In this document: in pieces, positions 6,178-11,191 of the stretch
Layout of the letters: each line of letters starts with the position of its first letter
Numbering within the stretch: position 1 is the first letter of the stretch
IMG/VR virus record: IMGVR_UViG_3300046096_000174
Location: 72,024 to 83,214 of that record
DNA: 11,191 nucleotides
DNA from: a virus
Lineage: Duplodnaviria; Heunggongvirae; Uroviricota; Caudoviricetes
Reading direction: 5' to 3' (one strand)
Notes under the pieces: generated by a model
Database searches by the model: none
Told to the model about the DNA's origin: nothing
The model's input: the letters and a program-made list of their open reading frames with translations, nothing else
Made by a program: the position numbers and the translations under genes

Positions 6178-6930
6178 ATGGAAACAGATAAAACTATAAG
6201 TTTCGCTCCTTCAGAGGCAATGCGAAATAATGCACGAAGAGGTTTAGCCTTACGTGAAAAATGGAATAGAGGTGGACTAGCTATCTCTAAAGCCAAAGAA
6301 ATTATCGCAGGTGATTTAAAGTTAGAAGACGTTAAAAAGATGTACTCTTTCTTCTCGTCTAATGAGAAACAATATCTACCAAAAAGTAAATTAAGTGATG
6401 GTGGTCCTACAGAAGGTACTATTGCTTGGTTATTATCTGGTGGTTCTGCAGGGCAAGCTTGGACCCGTATGCATTTAAAGCAAGCAGAGATTGTCAAATC
6501 TTATACTAAAGAAATTACCGATAATGAATTAAATTCAGAAGATATCCTTTTAGGTGAGAAGCTTGCTATTACTAAAGCTGTCGATGAAGAATTAAAACAA
6601 GCTACTTTTATTGTCATGGTTCCTGATGAGGTTGATGCCCACGGAGATACGACAACTGAAGCTGAAGTTCGCAAGGCATGTCATAACTTCAATAAATACT
6701 CAATGAAGGCTAACTTATTTCACTTAGTTGAAACAAGTACTTTTGAGTTCTGTGAAAGTTACTGCTGCCCTACTGATTTTGTTCTTGGCGATAAGTTCGT
6801 TAAGAAGGGTACTTGGTTAGCCACAGTACAGTCCTTAGATGATAGTCTTTGGGCCTTAATCAAATCAGGCGATATTAACGGTCTAAGCATTGGTGCTTTA
6901 GCATCAGTCGAAACAATTGAAGAGGAATAA
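6178..6930 (+). CDS. Prohead maturation protease, XkdF/peptidase S78_2-like, with an extra ~100-aa N-terminal domain
   Basis: GGAG RBS. aa 134-245 carry EELKQATFIVMVPDEVDAHGD, NLFH, KKGTWL and IKSGDINGLSIGA, characteristic of XkdF-type proteases. Sits directly upstream of scaffold, decoration and capsid genes. Confidence 0.85.
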   Translation: METDKTISFAPSEAMRNNARRGLALREKWNRGGLAISKAKEIIAGDLKLEDVKKMYSFFSSNEKQYLPKSKLSDGGPTEGTIAWLLSGGSAGQAWTRMHLKQAEIVKSYTKEITDNELNSEDILLGEKLAITKAVDEELKQATFIVMVPDEVDAHGDTTTEAEVRKACHNFNKYSMKANLFHLVETSTFEFCESYCCPTDFVLGDKFVKKGTWLATVQSLDDSLWALIKSGDINGLSIGALASVETIEEE

Positions 6931-6932
6931 CG

Positions 6933-7904
6933 ATGGCAACACAACGTAAAGCTAAAAGAAAACTTTCTGATATCAGCTTTGAAAAAGAAGGCGCTCACGT
7001 AGCACTAGTCTCTAAAGAACAAGGTGGTCCTGCTAATACGCATGATTATGCTCTAGTTTTAAAGGCTAATAAATTCAGTGAAGAGTTTGTTCAAAAGATG
7101 CAACAGATTCGCGTCACTATGGAACTACCTGATTTTCTACAAAAGTTTTTCGGATTGTATTACTCAGATTCTAAAGTTTTAGCTGCAATGCTTGGCTATG
7201 TAGAACCTGCAGAAGAAGAAGGTAATGGTTACGAAGACTATATTCAGTCTCAACTACAAGCTTTTGAAGTCTTAAAATCAGCTCACGATGCTGAAAGTTT
7301 AGCTGCTATTTTAGCTAACTTAGACGAAACCGAATATTTAGCTATGCTCAACGACCAAGAGTTAATTGAAAAAGCTTTTGCAACCGTAGAGAAAGCAACT
7401 GAATCTGCACCTCCTGCTAATGCAGAAGGTACTGATACCTCACCCGCATGCGAGGTTATTAAAGAAGAGGTATCTGCCTCTGTTAACAAAGAAGAATTGG
7501 AGAAATCTAAGATGGATGAAGATGTAAAAATCGAAACCGTAGAAAAAGCTCAATTTGAACTAGTACAGAAAGCTCTAGACGAGCAAAAAGTAGAGTTACA
7601 AAAAGCTTTAGATACAATTGCTGCATTCGAAGCTGAGAAAAAAGAAGCTATCAATAAAGCAAAATTCGAACAAGTTAAAGCTATCGTTAAAGACGAAAGC
7701 AAAGTAGAGGCAATCGCTAAGGCTGCTCTATCATTAGAATCTGAAGATGATTTTACAGCGTTTCTAGCTGCTATGCAAGCTATGATGACTACTGTTGAAA
7801 CATCTGAGATGTTTGTTGAAAAAGGCGCTTCAGCTACTGAAGAACCCGCCATTCAAGAATCTGCTGTGGCGAAAGTGTTAAAAGCCAAGCTAACCACTAA
7901 GTAA
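6933..7904 (+). CDS. Capsid scaffolding protein
   Basis: 323 aa, acidic and E/K/A-rich with a coiled-coil-like C-terminal half. N-terminal motif AKRKLSDISFEKEGAHVALV...QGGPAN. Lies between protease and decoration/MCP. Confidence 0.75.
   Translation: MATQRKAKRKLSDISFEKEGAHVALVSKEQGGPANTHDYALVLKANKFSEEFVQKMQQIRVTMELPDFLQKFFGLYYSDSKVLAAMLGYVEPAEEEGNGYEDYIQSQLQAFEVLKSAHDAESLAAILANLDETEYLAMLNDQELIEKAFATVEKATESAPPANAEGTDTSPACEVIKEEVSASVNKEELEKSKMDEDVKIETVEKAQFELVQKALDEQKVELQKALDTIAAFEAEKKEAINKAKFEQVKAIVKDESKVEAIAKAALSLESEDDFTAFLAAMQAMMTTVETSEMFVEKGASATEEPAIQESAVAKVLKAKLTTK
7512..7904 (+). CDS. Probable nested in-frame short scaffold product (130 aa, from Met194)
   Basis: GGAG at 7499-7502, 9 nt before the in-frame ATG at 7512. 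The 11-mer AATTGGAGAAA (7495-7505) is identical to the RBS context of the gene starting at 11167 (11151-11161). Confidence 0.55.
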   Translation: MDEDVKIETVEKAQFELVQKALDEQKVELQKALDTIAAFEAEKKEAINKAKFEQVKAIVKDESKVEAIAKAALSLESEDDFTAFLAAMQAMMTTVETSEMFVEKGASATEEPAIQESAVAKVLKAKLTTK

Positions 7905-7924
7905 TAAATTAAAGGAAAATTAAA

Positions 7925-8260
7925 ATGGCAAATCCATTCGCAACAGAAGCTAAACGTCTATCAAACGTAGTAAAGCAAGAATTATGGGCTGAAACTGGTT
8001 ACACTCGTGGTGTATTAACAGTTACTGCTGACGGTATTGTACCCGGTACCCTTTTATCAGAAACAGGCATTGCCGAAACCGCTGCTGAAGTAGTTGGTGT
8101 AGCTATGGTTGAAGCTGGTGGTACTGATGTTAAAGTATTAGCCTTAGTAAAAGGCCCCGCTATTGTCTCTAAAGGTGGCCTAATCTTAGGTGACTGTGTA
8201 GCTGCTGACGTATATGCTGCGTTAGAAGCCAAAGGCATTAACGTAAACGATACAATCTAA
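7925..8260 (+). CDS. Head decoration protein (lambda gpD-like)
   Basis: 111 aa, small, V/A/G-rich, with 'ALVKGPAIVSKGGL'. Immediately precedes a gpE-type capsid gene; AAAGGA RBS. Confidence 0.75.
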   Translation: MANPFATEAKRLSNVVKQELWAETGYTRGVLTVTADGIVPGTLLSETGIAETAAEVVGVAMVEAGGTDVKVLALVKGPAIVSKGGLILGDCVAADVYAALEAKGINVNDTI

Positions 8261-8295
8261 TTGTATTTTTAAATAAATAATAAGGAAAATATAAC

Positions 8296-9309
8296 ATGCA
8301 AGTACGCAGTTTTGACAAACCATTTGAGTTAGTAGACTACACAGAAGAACTATTATTAGTTCCTAATAAATGGGGTCTAATCAATGAATTAGGTATCTTC
8401 TCTTCAGAGCCAGTTTCACAACACTCTGTAACAGTTGAGTCTACTCAAGGTACATTAGGTTTAGTAACCGACCAAGTTCGCGGCGCTCGTAACACTATGA
8501 ACAGTGACGACACACGTAACTTACGTTCTTTCCCAATCCCTCACTTCCCATTAGATGACGCTATCAAGCCTCAAGATATCCAAGGTAAACGTGCTTACGG
8601 TTCTGCAGACGCTGCTGAAACTGAAGCTGCTGTTACCGCACGTAAGTTAGAGCGTATCCGTTCTAGCCACGCTATCACTCTTGAAGCTGCTCGTGCCTAT
8701 GCTTTAACCACTGGTGCTATCTACGCTCCAAACGGTACAGTATCTGGCAACTTCTTCACTGATTTCGGTGTTACACAAAAATCTATCGACTTCGTATTAG
8801 GTACTACAACTACCGACTTACTCGCCAAGTCTGAAGAAGGTATCGCTCACATCCAAGACAACATCTTAACTGGTGAAGTCGTAAATGAAGTTATCGTTTT
8901 ATGCTCACCAGCATTCTTCGCTAAGTTAATCGCTCACGCAACTGTTAAAGAAGCGTACAAGTACTACACTAGTACTCAAGAGCCATTACGTCAACGTCTC
9001 GGTTCAGGTTTATACCGCCGTTTCGTACACGGTGGTGTAACTTACATTGAATACCGTGGTTCATTCAACGGTACAGCTCTCATCCCTGCTGGTGAAGGCG
9101 TAATGTTACCAACAGGTACAGCTGATATGTTCAAGACATACTTCTCACCTGCTAACCGTTTCAGCCACGTAAACACCTTAGGTGAAGAGGCTTATGCGTT
9201 CACATACCGTGACCCTAAAGACGTTGAAGTTCAGATTCAAACTGAATCAAACTTCTTAAACTTAATCCGCCGCCCTGCTGCTGTGGTTAAGGTCACAACT
9301 TCTAACTAA
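8296..9309 (+). CDS. Major capsid protein (lambda gpE-like family)
   Basis: 337 aa with motifs typical of gpE-like capsids (LGLV.DQVRGA, SFPIPHFPLDDAIKPQDIQG.RAYG, HAITLE.AR, F.HGGVTYIEYRG, ESNFLNLIRRP). Strongly biased codons; followed by a terminator. Confidence 0.92.
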   Translation: MQVRSFDKPFELVDYTEELLLVPNKWGLINELGIFSSEPVSQHSVTVESTQGTLGLVTDQVRGARNTMNSDDTRNLRSFPIPHFPLDDAIKPQDIQGKRAYGSADAAETEAAVTARKLERIRSSHAITLEAARAYALTTGAIYAPNGTVSGNFFTDFGVTQKSIDFVLGTTTTDLLAKSEEGIAHIQDNILTGEVVNEVIVLCSPAFFAKLIAHATVKEAYKYYTSTQEPLRQRLGSGLYRRFVHGGVTYIEYRGSFNGTALIPAGEGVMLPTGTADMFKTYFSPANRFSHVNTLGEEAYAFTYRDPKDVEVQIQTESNFLNLIRRPAAVVKVTTSN

Positions 9310-9325
9310 AATTAGAAAACAGATT

Positions 9326-9348
9326 GGCTCCTTCGGGAGCCTTTCTTC
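9326..9348 (+). terminator. Intrinsic terminator after the capsid gene
   Basis: GGCTCC-TTCG-GGAGCC (C(UUCG)G tetraloop) followed by TTTCTTC. Confidence 0.85.
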
Positions 9349-9404
9349 TAATGGTTCATACTTCATGTGCTATTAGAAGAAAGACATTAATAAAAGGATA
9401 TACT

Positions 9405-9809
9405 ATGACAGTACACGCATTACGTATAGAACTCGGTGATACCGATGTTAATTTTCCTCTTATGTCTGACGAAGAATACAGATATTTCTTAGATAAGAAT
9501 GATTGGTCTATTCGCAGAGCATCCCTTGATGCTGCAAAATCAATGGTATTAAAACTATCATTAAGACCTGATGAAACATTCGATATTTTTAGTATTAAAG
9601 GTAGTGCTGCAGCTAAACAGTTTATGGCAGCGTTACAAATGTACATTAAAAATCCTGACCTCAATCCAATTTATACTAACGCTATGCCTTATGCTGGTGG
9701 TATTAGTAAAGCAGATATGGCAGCGAATAACGCTAATTTAGATAATAACATTGTTCTAAGTCCTACACAAGATACAACAAACCTACCTTCTTTACACTTT
9801 AACATCTGA
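9405..9809 (+). CDS. Head-tail adaptor / head completion protein (134 aa)
   Basis: Start reassigned to ATG 9405: AAAGGA RBS, and the track's 9324 start overlaps the terminator. Motifs LRIELGDTD...LMSDEEY.YFL and PYAGGISK. First gene after the MCP. Confidence 0.7.
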   Translation: MTVHALRIELGDTDVNFPLMSDEEYRYFLDKNDWSIRRASLDAAKSMVLKLSLRPDETFDIFSIKGSAAAKQFMAALQMYIKNPDLNPIYTNAMPYAGGISKADMAANNANLDNNIVLSPTQDTTNLPSLHFNI

Positions 9810-9816
9810 GGTAATT

Positions 9817-10176
9817 ATGGCAAATCCGTTTTTACTCTCAACAACAAAGATGATTAAAACTCATGGTTCTCCCATGACGTATATTCAAGTTACAGAAGGT
9901 ACTTATAATATTGAAACTGGTGCTACAGTTAATTCAAACACTGAGCATACAATTACGATGTACAAGAAACATCTTAAGACAGACCAATATAATTTTCCAG
10001 ATTTAATCGGTAGAAGTGCTGCAATGTTCTATCTACCCAATTACAACCTAAACTTTACTCCAGCTTTGCGAGATAAAATTGTAGTTGATGGTGAGACATT
10101 TGAGATTCAAAGCTTAATCGAACATAGGGCTTACGGCTCATTAATCTTCTATAAGCTTATCGGTGCAAAGGGTTAA
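9817..10176 (+). CDS. Head closure (stopper) protein
   Basis: 119 aa, GAGGT RBS. Contains 'TYNIETG' and 'P.LRDKIVVDGETFEIQS', a gp16/FII-like pattern; position fits. Confidence 0.65.
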   Translation: MANPFLLSTTKMIKTHGSPMTYIQVTEGTYNIETGATVNSNTEHTITMYKKHLKTDQYNFPDLIGRSAAMFYLPNYNLNFTPALRDKIVVDGETFEIQSLIEHRAYGSLIFYKLIGAKG

Positions 10177-10178
10177 TC

Positions 10179-10703
10179 ATGAAGATAACTTGCAATGTAG
10201 ACGAATTAACTAAGCAACTAGAAGCTCTGACCCAAGATACACAACAGCGCATGGAAAACATGGCTCGTAAGTTTTCTTATGGTGTTGCTTCATCTGCTGT
10301 AGATTTTACACCTTTAGGTGATTCTGAGAAGTTTGCAAGTTTATACCAAATGCGCCAACAAATTTGGGGCTTACAACCTGTCGAAGGTTATGCTAGAGGC
10401 TCTTGGCAAGTCTCATTAGACGGTACATTAGACCGACAGGAACTCTACGGTATCAGCTCAGGCGATACAGCCCTAGGTGCAGTTAATACTCACTTGCTGA
10501 ATTATAAGTTAGGTGAAGATATCCTGATTGGTAACCCTGCAGAATATATCGGAAGCTTAGAAGGTATCGGTGGTATCCCATCTTCTAAACAAGCTCCACA
10601 AGGTATTATGGCTCCAGCTACTGACAGAATCATGAACATCTATGCAATCAAATTAGATGACTATTATAACTCAGGTAAGAATTGGAGTGGTGGATGGCAA
10701 TAA
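10179..10703 (+). CDS. HK97 gp10-like neck/tail completion protein
   Basis: 174 aa. Motifs TP.GD...G.ARGSWQVS, IGNPAEYIGSLE and S.QAPQGIM.P. Lies between closure and terminator genes. Confidence 0.7.
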   Translation: MKITCNVDELTKQLEALTQDTQQRMENMARKFSYGVASSAVDFTPLGDSEKFASLYQMRQQIWGLQPVEGYARGSWQVSLDGTLDRQELYGISSGDTALGAVNTHLLNYKLGEDILIGNPAEYIGSLEGIGGIPSSKQAPQGIMAPATDRIMNIYAIKLDDYYNSGKNWSGGWQ

Positions 10704-11101
10704 TCGAAATTAAAAAGGCTGCTGAAAGGCATCTTAATAATCTAACTCCAGTAGTTCCTATCGCGTGGGAAGGTGTTAGCTTTACACCTCCAACTGGACT
10801 ATACGAACGAGTTCAGTTTACGATACAACCTCCAGAGGACCCCGTATTTGGTACTGGCTTTCATAGAGAGCGAGTAACTATGCAGGTATTCTGTTTAGGT
10901 GCAACTAACAAAGGTACTTCCGAGATTATTGCTCGTGCTGAACTAGTTAGAAATCACTTTAAAAAGGGCACGGTATTCGTAGAAGGTAATGTAAAAATTC
11001 ATGTGCTTGCTACTCCGCAAATAGCAGGTACATCTACAGTATCAGACAAGGCAATCTGCCCTGTTCTAATCGAATTGGTAGCTGAAGTATATTCGGACTA
11101 A
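10694..11101 (+). CDS. Tail terminator protein (135 aa)
   Basis: Start reassigned to ATG 10694 (GGAG at 10684-10687). Motifs IAWEGVSFTPP...Y.RV, QVFC.G..N.G...I..RAE.VR.HF.KG and PV.I. Precedes the tube gene. Confidence 0.7.
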   Translation: MAIIEIKKAAERHLNNLTPVVPIAWEGVSFTPPTGLYERVQFTIQPPEDPVFGTGFHRERVTMQVFCLGATNKGTSEIIARAELVRNHFKKGTVFVEGNVKIHVLATPQIAGTSTVSDKAICPVLIELVAEVYSD

Positions 11102-11128
11102 TCTGGTTTGCTGATATCCTAAAATCAG

Positions 11129-11144
11129 TTCATTTGCAAATGAA
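11129..11144. repeat. Perfect 16-bp palindrome TTCATTTGCAAATGAA
   Basis: Equals its own reverse complement. Intergenic, ending 10 nt upstream of the GGAG RBS of the next gene. Confidence 0.9.
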
Positions 11145-11166
11145 AATTTAAATTGGAGAAAATAAT

Positions 11167-11191
11167 ATGACAATCGCAAAAGGTACGGCTA
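11167..11191 (+). CDS. Probable major tail (tube) protein, 5' end only (MTIAKGTA...)
   Basis: GGAG RBS at 11155-11158 and ATG at 11167. Follows the tail terminator. The M.IAKG start resembles tube proteins of this module type. Only 8 codons are visible. Confidence 0.5.

Larger units (their letters stand above)
1..11191 (+). mobile_element. Tailed dsDNA phage (Caudoviricetes) head/neck morphogenesis region; phage or prophage status not determinable
   Basis: Dense co-oriented genes in canonical order: portal, protease, scaffold, decoration, capsid, adaptor, closure, neck, terminator, tube. No host genes seen. Confidence 0.95.

Noticed and set aside
6126-6497. 123-aa minus-strand ORF spanning P2 and the protease N-terminus
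   Set aside because: Antisense overlap with a well-supported gene, TTG/GTG-type start with no supporting RBS or motif.
8261-8295. AT-rich TAAATAAATAA before the capsid gene as a T4-type late promoter
   Set aside because: Does not match TATAAATA and is not repeated before other late genes. Explained as an AT-rich translation leader.
9324-9404. 27-aa N-terminal extension of the adaptor ORF, and a possible promoter (TGcTATTAG at 9368-9376)
   Set aside because: The extension overlaps the MCP terminator and ATG 9405 has a good RBS. The -10 lacks the conserved final T and there is no -35.
6759-9664. Minus-strand ORFs 6759-6998, 7283-7489, 7550-7852, 7999-8238 and 9356-9664
   Set aside because: All are antisense shadows of structural genes, with no independent evidence.
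11145-11154. 10-bp palindrome AATTTAAATT
   Set aside because: A/T-only and expected by chance in an AT-rich leader.

Overview
All-plus-strand virion morphogenesis region of a tailed dsDNA phage, probably siphovirus-like. The host cannot be determined from this window. Gene order: end of a probable portal gene; a ~5.9 kb accessory cassette of five fibre/adaptor-like genes (283-6107); XkdF-type (S78_2-like) prohead protease with an extra N-terminal domain; scaffold with a probable nested internal start; gpD-like head decoration protein; gpE-like major capsid protein; head-tail adaptor; head closure; HK97 gp10-like neck protein; tail terminator; first codons of a probable tail tube gene. The most interesting element is the cassette between portal and protease. 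It is bracketed by two similar sigma70-type promoters. Its genes show a repeated pattern: two end in [IL]-[DE]-[GS]-G-x-Y-stop, and each is followed by a gene starting with the same MAS..[IL]K[RK]S...GELA domain. This suggests a chained 'plug-and-socket' head fibre ending in an interrupted collagen with an S74 chaperone. All family names come from motif recognition by eye; no database search was run.
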